64,000 nucleotides of DNA from Bacteroidota bacterium (GCA_029547705.1 JAKPOU010000042.1:25271-89270), one strand, 5' to 3'; counted from the first letter of the stretch, positions 1 to 8,785 are shown. The notes: generated by a model not told the origin, from the letters alone. Program-made: numbers and translations.

Positions 1-168
1 TTTGTCTATTACCGGCCAGATAATGTTGATACCGGAAGAGAGTGTCCTGTTGTACCTTCCCAGTCTTTCGATTATCATCGTTTCAGCCTGCTGGACGATC
101 TTGAACCCGGCAGCTGCAAAGATTATCACGAACAGGGCTATTGCCCCGAAGATTATGATTGCTCCCAT
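1..168 (-). CDS. SPFH/band-7 (stomatin-like) protein, first 56 codons only (runs off the window edge)
   Basis: Not in the ORF track because it is open at the edge. Reverse-strand ATG at 168..166 gives MGAIIIFGAIALFVIIFAAAGFKIVQQAETMIIERLGRYNRTLSSGINIIWPVIDK. This is a TM helix followed by the typical opening of an SPFH domain. It lies 7 nt downstream of an NfeD gene, the classic NfeD-SPFH pair. Confidence 0.7.
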   Translation of the reverse strand, partial: MGAIIIFGAIALFVIIFAAAGFKIVQQAETMIIERLGRYNRTLSSGINIIWPVIDK

Positions 169-175
169 ATGTGAT

Positions 176-613
176 TTATTTTAAAGGTTTAACCATGAGG
201 ATTATACTGGATATACTGATGATCTCGACGTTTGTTCCTTCCTGTATCACTGAGTCATCTGACGATCTGGAGCGCCACACATCACCGTCGATACTGATAC
301 GGCCGGTATTTTCATGATTATTGATTGTCTCTACCACTCTCCCCGTCCTGCCAATCAGGGCTTCCTGGTTTGTTTTAATTTTTCCGCCCGAACGTTTCTC
401 CAGTTTAATCATCAGGGGTCTGATAGTGAAAAATGTGACCAGCACACCAAGCGAAAATATTAATATCTGCCATTTAATCGCCAGTCCCAGGAAAGAAGCA
501 AGTGCTGCCAGGAAACACCCGGTTGCCAGCGAACCTGCAATAAAACCCGGCAGGAATATTTCGGCAATGAACAGTACTATTCCTATTACAATCAGTATAT
601 GATGCGCTTCCAT
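176..613 (-). CDS. NfeD-family membrane protein
   Basis: 145 aa. Hydrophobic N-terminal helices are followed by a C-terminal OB-fold-like segment (LIGRTGRVVETI..GRISIDGDVWRSRS..GTNVEIISI). It is directly upstream of the SPFH gene. Confidence 0.8.
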   Translation of the reverse strand: MEAHHILIVIGIVLFIAEIFLPGFIAGSLATGCFLAALASFLGLAIKWQILIFSLGVLVTFFTIRPLMIKLEKRSGGKIKTNQEALIGRTGRVVETINNHENTGRISIDGDVWRSRSSDDSVIQEGTNVEIISISSIILMVKPLK

Positions 614-818
614 GAGAAATTATGTTTTTGTATTATCTGACTTTTTTGTTTCTCTGACTCAAATATACGTTAATATTCACAAAGAAGACATCGGTTTGTT
701 CCCGGCTGACAGATCTTATTCCGGGGAAATAATTTTCCTGTTTTTCATTGTTTGAATCAGGGAACTAAATACTGAAAGGTTCTGTCGGAAAGCGCGGGAA
801 GGGATATAATTGCTTTAA

Positions 819-903
819 CCGGGGCTGTATGAGGAAAGGGAAATCCCGCCGGGGCTGTATGAGGAAGGGGAATTACGCCGGGGCTGTGTGACCCGGGATT
901 ACA
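819..903. repeat. Non-coding tandem repeat, 3 units of 26-30 bp
   Basis: Units are ccggggctgtatgaggaaagggaaatcccg (819-848), ccggggctgtatgaggaaggggaattacg (849-877) and ccggggctgtgtgacccgggattaca (878-903, degenerate). The array is intergenic, upstream of the nfeD start. Confidence 0.85.
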
Positions 904-993
904 TCAGACCGGATAAGCCCGTTTCTCTCTGTAATTTTTTCATCAGGCGTGAGCCCGGGTGGTGCGGAAGGTGACTTTCCAGAACGTTTTCCC

Positions 994-2163
994 TCAGGGT
1001 TGTGGTGAGATCCTGAGTATCCTTCCCGGGCCTTCAACAGAAACATAAATATTCCCGTCCGGACCCTGGATCACATTTCGTACTCTGCCGTATCCGGTCA
1101 GCAGTTCGGTCTCTTCCGTGACCTTGTTGTCCTTCACCACGCATCTGTAAAGTTTCTGCAAAGCGAGGCCGGATGCCAGAAGGTTTCCTTTCCATGCCCC
1201 GAAACTGTCGCTGGTAATGAAGGTTATTCCGCAGACACCGATTGAAGGTGTCCAGGTATAGAGAGGGGGTTCTATGCCTTCGGCAGTATGTCCTGATGAT
1301 ATACGTGATCCGTCATAGTTGATACCGATGGAATACAGCGGCCATCCGTAGTTGAGTCCCTTTTTGATGATGTTCAGTTCATCTCCGCCCATAGGGCCGT
1401 GTTCCGATGACCAGACCTCTCCTGTTTCCGGGTGCAGGGCCAGTCCCTGGGGATTCCGGTGGCCATACGACCAGATGGAGGAAGGACCTGTGTTTCCGGG
1501 AAGGACGGGATTGTCATCAGGAATGCTTCCGTCATCCCTGAACCGGTGTATCTTTCCCCAGTTTGACTTTGTATCCTGCGCATTGAGATTGGGGCTTTTC
1601 GGGCCTCCCAAAGAAGTGGGTCCGCCTTCACCTATACTCAGGTAGAGGTATTTATTCCTGTCAAACAGTATGCGGCTTCCGTAATGCCCGTACCAGGTGT
1701 TTATTCCTCCGGAAGAAAAAAGATTTTCAATATTTTGTACCTGGTCGTTGATTATTTTAAAGCGGATCAGGTTCAGCTGGCCTGAGCCTCCGGGCAATGA
1801 ACCTGAATAGCTGGCATAGATCCAGCCGTTTGCAGCATAGTCCGGATGTACCCTGATATCCAGAAGTCCCCCCTGTCCTGACGGGAAGACCTCGGGAAAG
1901 CCCGTGATCTCCTTCACTGTTCCGTTACTGAGTCTGTAAAGCTTACCTCTTTTTTCGCCGAAGACCAGGTCGCCTCCCGGCAGAAAATCCATCCCCCAGA
2001 TTATTTCATAGCCTGTAAGGACTGTGCTGACACTTATTTCCGGATCCGCCGGGGGATCTTCGTCCGGCGGCAGCAGATTCTTTTCCATGCATGATGCGTT
2101 TAGCATCATGATCAACCCTGATAATAACAACCCTGTTTTCTGCAAAAGCATATTCCGTATCAA
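994..2163 (-). CDS. PQQ-dependent sugar (glucose/sorbosone) dehydrogenase, probable lipoprotein
   Basis: 389 aa with beta-propeller motifs HGPMGGDELNIIKKGLNYGWP, GHRNPQGLA and GLLDIRVHPDY. The N-terminus carries a signal ending in ..NASC. The true start may be M5 at 2151. Confidence 0.85.
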   Translation of the reverse strand: MIRNMLLQKTGLLLSGLIMMLNASCMEKNLLPPDEDPPADPEISVSTVLTGYEIIWGMDFLPGGDLVFGEKRGKLYRLSNGTVKEITGFPEVFPSGQGGLLDIRVHPDYAANGWIYASYSGSLPGGSGQLNLIRFKIINDQVQNIENLFSSGGINTWYGHYGSRILFDRNKYLYLSIGEGGPTSLGGPKSPNLNAQDTKSNWGKIHRFRDDGSIPDDNPVLPGNTGPSSIWSYGHRNPQGLALHPETGEVWSSEHGPMGGDELNIIKKGLNYGWPLYSIGINYDGSRISSGHTAEGIEPPLYTWTPSIGVCGITFITSDSFGAWKGNLLASGLALQKLYRCVVKDNKVTEETELLTGYGRVRNVIQGPDGNIYVSVEGPGRILRISPQP

Positions 2164-2328
2164 TAAATTACCTCATAATATAAACAACCGGCAGCCCGGA
2201 AAGTTTAAGATATCTGCTTTATTTCGGGTGATGTGGTGTTAAAGATAAATACGGGGAAACCAAACACTGCTGTCATATTCTCTGAGTGCTTTGGTAAATT
2301 TTTTTCCTGATCGAGAAAGAGATATTTT

Positions 2329-2660
2329 CTATTTCAACAGGTTATCGATTTCCTGCTTTAGTTTAGGAAGGTGCCTGATTATTGTTCCCCAAACAATTTC
2401 ATTGTCAACTTTATCATATCCATGAATTACCCTATTCCTCATATTGATTATCTGCTTCTTACTTGAGATTTCAAGGGTAGAATCAATTTTCTCCAATCTC
2501 TTCATTGCTTCACCAATTATTTCAAATTCCCGCTCCACAGCCCTCGAAGCATTTTATCTGACATATAAGAAATGAAGTCTTTTTTTTCACCAATGAATGT
2601 TTCAATCGATTCCACAGATTCTCTGATGTCGAATAGCAGTTTTTTTATTTCAAGCTTCAT
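2329..2660 (-). pseudogene. hepT: HepT (DUF86) toxin, interrupted by a 1-nt frameshift
   Basis: The C-terminal ORF 2329..2538 carries the RX4HXY motif (RNRVIHGY). The N-terminal part starts at ATG 2660..2658 (MKLEIKKLLFDIRESVESIETFIGEKKDFISYMSDKML..) and runs into a stop. Adding one G to the GGG run (ccc at 2541-2543 on the + strand) joins the parts as ..KMLRGAVEREFEIIGEA.., giving a 110-aa DUF86 protein. Confidence 0.7.
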
Positions 2661-3009
2661 AAACAGGTATCTTTGTCAGATTTATCGATTCGATAAAATA
2701 AGGATTACTTAGTGATTTGTCCGTTATTAAATCGACAGGCCGTTTAAATAAGATTTCAAATTTTTCAGCCAAATCAAAATATGTTTCAGCATACTCGGCA
2801 TAATTCATGGGTTTGAAAGATATTAACAGATCAATGTCGCTGTTTGTGTTAAATTTATCCGTACAAACAGAACCAAATGCATGTAACGATTTTACATTGT
2901 GTTTGATGCATAGTGCTTTTATTTTATCCATATTATCTGTCAGGATTCTATGCATTAAAGTAATATTTTTGTTTTTCACAAAGATAGACTTTCGAATTGC
3001 ATCCTGCAA
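2650..3009 (-). CDS. mntA: MntA-type minimal nucleotidyltransferase antitoxin
   Basis: Contains the motif HAFGSVCTDKFNTNSDIDLLISF (GS...DxD nucleotidyltransferase fold). Its stop overlaps the hepT ATG (ATGAAGCTTGA). The likely real start is M19 at 2955. Confidence 0.8.
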   Translation of the reverse strand: MQDAIRKSIFVKNKNITLMHRILTDNMDKIKALCIKHNVKSLHAFGSVCTDKFNTNSDIDLLISFKPMNYAEYAETYFDLAEKFEILFKRPVDLITDKSLSNPYFIESINLTKIPVYEA

Positions 3010-3189
3010 ATATTCTCTTCCCCAACTGATTACAAGAGCAGGTTTCCTGATAAATCATAAGGGTGATTATATAAGATCGCCTTAAGCGAGTGAAAATTAT
3101 TCCTTAAGAAGTAGACTATGGTACTATCTACCTGCATTAATATATTTCACATGTGTTGATATTGCACTTTGATACCCTCTTTTTCTATT

Positions 3190-4179
3190 GAATCATAAAG
3201 TGAAGGTAGCTTGCTAAGCCGGCCTATGGCTGATAATAAGAGGCTGCATGTGGACGATAAAGAATTTGCCCATGACTGTCCTGAAGAATACCGGATTTTA
3301 AGTGCGGAAGCGATTTCATCCAGAACGTTTTTACTTTGAGGGGGTGAATGAATTCCCCTCTCTATCTTACTCCAGTTGCTTGCATCACAGCCAACGATGA
3401 GCCGTTTGGAGAACTCTGTAACAAGGAATGATCTTTTTCGACCGGGTAAATGTCTGGTAGATATTTTTATAGGTTCATATTCAGAGGCTCCCTCTGTAAT
3501 CATTCTAGATTGTACGGACACCAACAATGACACCTGTGGGCAACAGGGGCTGGCACTGTTCAATAAATACTACAACGATTACTGCTATATGCCGCTGCAT
3601 ATTTATGAAGGGCTGTCGGGTAAACAGATAACCACCATTTTAAAACCAGATCGCCGGGATAAACAGGCCAACATTGCCAGATTGTTGCAGAAACTGGTAT
3701 TATATCTTCGGGCGCAGTGGCCAAAAACAAAGATCATAGTACGTGGCGACAGCCATTTTGCATCAAAAGATTTTATGGATTGGACCGGAGGGGAGAATAA
3801 TGTCGGATTTATAACCGGATTAACGGGTAATGAAAAGCTTTATGAACTGGCACGGGTTAACATCGAAAGTGCACAAAGAGAGTACAATCAATATCGAAAG
3901 CCTGTAAAGAGGTATCATTCATTTATGTACAAAGCGCAGAGCTGGGAAAACCATCAGCGGGTTATTGTGAAAGTCGAGGTAAGTGAGATGGGAACCAATA
4001 TCCGCTATATTGTCACTGACCAGCATGACCACAGCACACGTGATTTATACGAGAAAGGCTACTGCGCAAGGAGTTCAATGGAAATGCGCATCAAAGACCA
4101 TAAATTGTATCTCACCTCTGACCGCTCGTCCTGTACCAGGTTTACGGCAAACTAGTTTCGTTTATTCCTGCCGTATACT
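3190..4179 (+). mobile_element. IS1380-family DDE transposase remnant (truncated, with a frameshift and an in-frame TAG)
   Basis: ORF 3376..4155 contains LASQPTMSRLEN, ILDCTDTNNDTCGQQGLALFNKYYNDYCYMPLH and GDSHFAS, which are IS1380/Tnp_1_4 hallmarks. The reading ends ..SCTRFTAN-TAG-FRLFLPYT*, where intact copies read ..ANQFRLFLH.. and continue for about 100 more aa. An N-terminal-like piece (SEGSLLSRPMADNKRL..) sits upstream in another frame. I did not identify terminal inverted repeats. Confidence 0.7.
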
Positions 4180-4285
4180 TAATGCTTATTGTATTATTAA
4201 AGGGATTCGGATAATACTGATACAGAAAAGATCCATGATCAATCCCGTGAGGTAATCTGATTAATATAACGTTGGAAGAACAGGA

Positions 4286-4511
4286 AGAGCCGGCAAGTAT
4301 AATTTGTGCAGGAAATAAGCCGGGGCTTCCTTTATAATTGTCTTCCCGCGGAGAGCGGATTAGAAACTATCTTTTCCGTTATCCGGAGAAAATTCCTGCT
4401 CCCTTATCTGACGAAGAGTTATCAGTTAAATGCCCGATGCCGTGTTCTTATAGCTGTAAATTGTGACTTTGGAGTTTCAATAACAGATACCATTCAGTTC
4501 TGGATATTCAG
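4286..4511. repeat. 226-bp dispersed repeat, copy 1 (degenerate FISUMP-family gene fragment)
   Basis: Near-identical to 7158..7383. This copy carries two in-frame stops on the minus strand, at positions where copy 2 stays open. Confidence 0.9.
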
Positions 4512-4667
4512 TTAAAAAAAATCATTAAATGGCAAATTTTAAGAACCATTTGGAGACCGGGGCAATTGCAGACACAGTAATAAGTAGTATATAGCTTTAT
4601 ATTTGTAGCAGTATTTAAAATATAAATGGAGAAATCAAAAACTTAGATTTACCTGGAGTAACGGGAT

Positions 4668-5456
4668 CTAAATCCGGATGAAGCGTAAAGTCTTTGATCC
4701 TGAACCGGTAATAATATTCAATATATAAATACCCGGTTGCATGGCTTTTGTATCAATCGTTATCTCCTGCAGACCTTCGGGAACCAGATTTATTTTAAAT
4801 TGTCTGATCATTATTCCCTCAACAGAGGATATTGATATCCGGCCAACACCTGCCCCATCAGACCTGTATTGCAATTTCAGGTGATCATTGCATGGGTTTG
4901 GATAAACTGAAGCGTGCAAATGGTCTTCAGAACTGAGAGGAGTGGTTATTCCTGTTGTCTGCTGATTATTGTCCGGAGCATACACATACATCCAGCCTTT
5001 TGATGTAACGGCCCAGGCCAGGTTTCCCTGTGCGTAGAGGGAGCGCACCCGATCTCCCGGTTCTACCTGTTTAAAATAAAATGCATTGCTGTCAGCATCA
5101 TAAGCACCAAAGCTATAAGCTCCATGTATGAAAACCACTTTATCAGACTCTCTCAACAGAGGAAATATCGGATTCTCCGGGAACTGTGCTGTTGCCTGGT
5201 TATTTTTGACCCGGCTGTAAGCGTAAAAGGTATGGTCAGAATAAACCACCACACTCTGTCTGGTTGTCTGAATATGATTACCCGACGCGGGGTATGCATT
5301 AACAGCGACCTCTCCTCCCCTGACAGGGTCATATATTACTGTTTTTTTTATGTCCGGATATAACAAAACCACATACTCATCAAGGGGCATAATATTACTG
5401 TAGCCTGTATAAGCCGATTCTTCAAAAGAATCAGTCAGGGCTGAATAGTAGAACAT
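4668..5456 (-). CDS. T9SS C-terminal-sorting-domain protein, no signal peptide (probable C-terminal half of a split gene)
   Basis: The C-terminus VYPNPCNDHLKLQY...GIYILNIITGSGSKTLRFIRI is a type A Por secretion tail. The start ATG at 5456..5454 overlaps the upstream stop (ATGA). The 277-aa ORF in the track extends into the upstream gene. Confidence 0.7.
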   Translation of the reverse strand: MFYYSALTDSFEESAYTGYSNIMPLDEYVVLLYPDIKKTVIYDPVRGGEVAVNAYPASGNHIQTTRQSVVVYSDHTFYAYSRVKNNQATAQFPENPIFPLLRESDKVVFIHGAYSFGAYDADSNAFYFKQVEPGDRVRSLYAQGNLAWAVTSKGWMYVYAPDNNQQTTGITTPLSSEDHLHASVYPNPCNDHLKLQYRSDGAGVGRISISSVEGIMIRQFKINLVPEGLQEITIDTKAMQPGIYILNIITGSGSKTLRFIRI

Positions 5457-6916
5457 CACATTTTTTTCCTGGTGTCTCTGTTTATATCCGAGATGACACA
5501 ATAATCAATTCCACTCCTAAGACTGTAGCTGGAAGTATTGGGTTTTATACCAATATATTTATGGATCTTGTTAAAAACTGAATTGTACCACAATAACCTT
5601 AATGTATCTCCAACCTGGTAAGAATGCATAATGAAGTCTCTGCAATAGAAGTGACTTGAACCATAAGCCATATGTTTTTGAAGATCGAACATCATGGTTT
5701 CGGTCAGACCTCCCTGAAAAGGATTAATACCCTGCCATGATGTCGGAACATTGGAAGGCCATTGTTGTATGCCTGAAGCCAGGACCGCGTTTATTGTTGG
5801 ATGAATGATTATTCCTAACTTACCACCTGTAAGGTTTACACTATGTGTTGAGAAAGAGCCTGTAAGTCCGTTATATATTATGAGGTCAGAGGCATATCTT
5901 TCACCCTTATACATATAATTCTTAGCGGCAACAGCATAACTGTTTTGCGAATAGGCCGGACCCACGAATACGTTGTACTCATAGGTGCTTATATCATTGA
6001 TGACTGAATCACGCGTGAAATAGCCCAGACGGGTATCAAACCCTATTATATAGTAATATATCTTAAAGTCGGAAGAGGGGAGTGTGCGTCCCGTTAGCAG
6101 GACTGAATACCTGGGCTCGTAATGAAAATCAGTGTAATCTGAGTCGGAGACCCTATTAGCTATTTCCAGCACACACGGGATAGCTTTTTGCTCGATGTAA
6201 TCATTTTTTACCGTGAAACTGCCGTAATAGTCGTCAGATCCCGGCTTTCTTCTGACAAAAACCAGTCCATCGTCAAGATATTCAATATAACGATACTCGT
6301 CAGCGAACTGGATCTGGTGAAAGTTTTTTGTCAGCTGATTATAAATCGTTAATACCCTGAAATTGGCTGGGGTGGTAGATGTAAAAAATGCCAGATACTT
6401 TTCTTTGGCAGTGACAAGCACGTTAAAAGCACCGGCAGGAGCCGGAAAGCTATGCCACCGGCCATCTGTCCCGTCAAAAACATAGATTTTCTCTTTTGTG
6501 TAAAACCAGCACAGGTCGTTTTGTGCACCCCGGTATTGCCCGCCGGTCATCGGAAGCCCTTCATAAAAAAGATACGCAAGGGTATCCTTTTGTGAACTGA
6601 AGCCAATAATTATGGAATCATTGCTAATCATCGCAACACCCCTGCCTGCCATAATACTGGCTGTATGTGCAATGCCTGACGGCGCATGATACTCCCTCCA
6701 GCAGGATTCTTTCAGATTAAAGGCCCAGATCAGCCTGCTGTTATTAGCATCAACAAATAATACCACAGAATCTCCAACCGCAGATGAATAAGGAGGATTA
6801 AGTGGCTCAGGGAGTTTAAAACTCAGCCACGGGTCTTTTTGCGAAAAGCCTGTTACCGATAATATCAGCAATACTGATAAAATACCGGATCTTACTACTG
6901 TTGATTTCATAGACAA
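5456..6916 (-). CDS. Secreted repeat protein (signal peptide, no sorting domain; probable N-terminal half of a split gene)
   Basis: 486 aa with signal peptide MSMKSTVVRSGILSVLLILSVTGFSQ. It has recurring short beta-strand-like units (IYVFDGTDGRWHSF, LTIYNQLTKNFHQI, LIIYNGLTGSFSTH, LLWYNSVFNKIHKY). These units continue into the next ORF. Confidence 0.65.
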   Translation of the reverse strand: MSMKSTVVRSGILSVLLILSVTGFSQKDPWLSFKLPEPLNPPYSSAVGDSVVLFVDANNSRLIWAFNLKESCWREYHAPSGIAHTASIMAGRGVAMISNDSIIIGFSSQKDTLAYLFYEGLPMTGGQYRGAQNDLCWFYTKEKIYVFDGTDGRWHSFPAPAGAFNVLVTAKEKYLAFFTSTTPANFRVLTIYNQLTKNFHQIQFADEYRYIEYLDDGLVFVRRKPGSDDYYGSFTVKNDYIEQKAIPCVLEIANRVSDSDYTDFHYEPRYSVLLTGRTLPSSDFKIYYYIIGFDTRLGYFTRDSVINDISTYEYNVFVGPAYSQNSYAVAAKNYMYKGERYASDLIIYNGLTGSFSTHSVNLTGGKLGIIIHPTINAVLASGIQQWPSNVPTSWQGINPFQGGLTETMMFDLQKHMAYGSSHFYCRDFIMHSYQVGDTLRLLWYNSVFNKIHKYIGIKPNTSSYSLRSGIDYCVISDINRDTRKKM

Positions 6917-6922
6917 ATTGAT

Positions 6923-7450
6923 TTACAATTTATTACCAGATATCTCTACTGTCAGGCTGCAGCCTCTGCAATCTGACGACCGTTCAAATATTGGGCATAT
7001 AGCATTAGCTTCGTTGTATCCGGTCCATCCGATAGACCACAAATGGCACCATAACTCTTGTAAGTCGAAATCTACGTAAGGGTTGTTACCGTATCTGATA
7101 CCACCGCCCCTGGCACCAAATCCTATCTCGTCCGTTCCCCCGCCATCCTTCCAATATAGAGCCGGCAGGTATAATTTGTGCAGGAAATAAGCCGGGGCTT
7201 CCTTTGTAATTGTCTTCCCGCGGAGATCGGATAAAAAACCATCTTTTCCGTTATCCGGAGAAAATTCCGGCTCCTTTATCTGACGAAGAGTAATCAGGTA
7301 AATGCCCGATGCCGTGTTCTTATAGCTGTAAATTGAAACTTTGGAGTTTCAATAACAGATCCAATTCAGTTCTGGATATTCAGAAGGTCATATCCTTCCA
7401 TGGTTCCCATTTTATCAGGATAAAAAGAGTTTTCATCAGGGACACTATCT
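6923..7450 (-). pseudogene. Degenerate FISUMP-family paralog (internal deletion, frameshifts, no start codon)
   Basis: The minus strand reads ..NSKVSIYSYKNTASGIYLITLRQIKEPEFSPDNGKDGFLSDLRGKTITKEAPAYFLHKLYLPALYWKDGGGTDEIGFGARGGGIRYGNNPYVDFDLQELWCHLWSIGW.. This matches ..WNDGGGTDEIGFGARGGGIRLGNNPYIDFDLQKEWCYFWCIGF.. in the intact neighbour. The upstream part is only readable across frame changes. Confidence 0.7.
7158..7383. repeat. 226-bp dispersed repeat, copy 2
   Basis: Matches 4286..4511 with scattered substitutions. It is embedded in the FISUMP pseudogene. Confidence 0.9.
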
Positions 7451-8785
7451 TTAATCTTTAATACATCTAACGGATACCCCATCGTATTTGTGTATTGTCC
7501 ATCTGGCAAAATCGTCTCCAAAAATCGATCTTCGTCTTAATGACCAACTCGTAGCTTCGTTACCTAAGGTAAATCCGATACACCAAAAATAGCACCATTC
7601 CTTTTGTAAGTCGAAATCTATGTAAGGGTTGTTACCTAATCTGATACCACCGCCCCTGGCACCAAATCCTATCTCGTCTGTTCCCCCGCCATCATTCCAA
7701 TATGTGTCCCATCTTGCCTTAAGCTTTTGCCCGACATTACCACCACCAAGGTAGTCCCAAAGATCATTCCATTCTTCGTCGGCAGGGGCATGCCATCCTG
7801 CAGGACATAGTTTGCCCGAGGTAAAAGCGGCATAATTATACAGTGCCCCGTATCTGTTCTCATTATAATATCTATTATTATTATACCAGCAATAAGCCGG
7901 ACCCGGGGTATCCCATTCCGAGCCTCTTTTCTCCGGGATATCGGTACCATCATTGAATTTGGTGGTTTTGAGATTTTCTGCCATCAATGCCGGTTTGCCC
8001 TTGCCTGTACCGGACTTTCCCCCATCATTTTTTCCTTCTTCATTTTCAAGGACTACCACAGGGTAGTTATTTCCATCGCCGTCAGTGCATTCAATAAAAG
8101 TGAATACAATGGTTTTGTCCCCTTCAGGAGAGTCAACTATCACAGTCCTGTACTTGTCAGAGATAGCTGTTATTTTCAATCTGTCGCCCGCGGTGAATGG
8201 CATGAAAACCTCTTCTGCGGTACCTTTTGAATCTGTGGTTTTGCCTCCTGCCGGAATGCTCTCTTCACGCATGATGTTTATCTTCCCGGAATTTGGGCAT
8301 GCAGATACAAGCTTCCCCGTTATTACATGTCCCGGACTGCTGATACTGACGAGGTAAATCCCTTTTCCCATTCCACTGATCCTGTATGAATGGACTCCCT
8401 GTGAAAGCGTTTCCCTTTTCTGACAGATTGTTTTGCCTGATATATCCCTGATTTCTATGAGTGTTGAACCGGATACCGGTAACCTGAAATGCATCACGGA
8501 ATACTCAGGCATTGGGTTGGGATAGAAATTAATTTCTTCCTTTCGTGTATCGTTTAAATCCTGAATACCGGAAACGGTACCAAGATGTAAAAGGTCGGTT
8601 CCATTAAGTCTGACTATGGTTCCTGTTGTCAGGTTTTCAACACGGACGGAGTCGACAGTTGTGCTTGCACCGGAACCTGCAAAAGCTATCCGATAGTCTT
8701 GCGCCTGAACTTCAGGCAGTGAGATGACCAGCATAATCATAAAAATGAAGGCTGTCAGTATGTTATTGTAAAATGAAGTATTCAT
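7451..8785 (-). CDS. FISUMP (Fibrobacter succinogenes major paralogous) domain protein with an internal T9SS-tail-like domain
   Basis: The C-terminal half carries MAENLKTTKFNDGTDIP..AYCWYNN..YGALYNY..GKLCPAGWHAPADEEWNDLWDYLGG..GVSVRCIKD. The signal-peptide start MNTSFYNNILTAFIFMIMLVISLPEVQAQ is M40 of the 483-aa ORF, which itself extends to 8902. Confidence 0.8.
   Translation of the reverse strand: MNTSFYNNILTAFIFMIMLVISLPEVQAQDYRIAFAGSGASTTVDSVRVENLTTGTIVRLNGTDLLHLGTVSGIQDLNDTRKEEINFYPNPMPEYSVMHFRLPVSGSTLIEIRDISGKTICQKRETLSQGVHSYRISGMGKGIYLVSISSPGHVITGKLVSACPNSGKINIMREESIPAGGKTTDSKGTAEEVFMPFTAGDRLKITAISDKYRTVIVDSPEGDKTIVFTFIECTDGDGNNYPVVVLENEEGKNDGGKSGTGKGKPALMAENLKTTKFNDGTDIPEKRGSEWDTPGPAYCWYNNNRYYNENRYGALYNYAAFTSGKLCPAGWHAPADEEWNDLWDYLGGGNVGQKLKARWDTYWNDGGGTDEIGFGARGGGIRLGNNPYIDFDLQKEWCYFWCIGFTLGNEATSWSLRRRSIFGDDFARWTIHKYDGVSVRCIKD

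Noticed and set aside
819-903. A CRISPR array, considered for this tandem repeat and for the one at 52246-52351.
   Set aside because: The units abut directly with no spacers, there are only 3-4 copies with rapid decay, and no cas genes are in the window.
3147-3563. A 138-aa minus-strand ORF overlapping the 5' part of the IS1380 remnant.
   Set aside because: It has no recognisable motif. The + strand in the same region shows transposase-like segments in shifted frames, so this is most likely a shadow ORF in decayed IS sequence.
6990-7700. A diversity-generating retroelement (template/variable repeat pair). The 3' end of the FISUMP gene (about 7560-7700) is repeated nearby (about 7020-7150), and lectin-like C-termini are common DGR targets.
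   Set aside because: The mismatches between the two copies are of all types (c>a, g>c, c>t, a>t, g>t and others) and are not confined to adenine positions of one copy. No reverse transcriptase or accessory gene is present in the window. The second copy reads as a truncated paralog.
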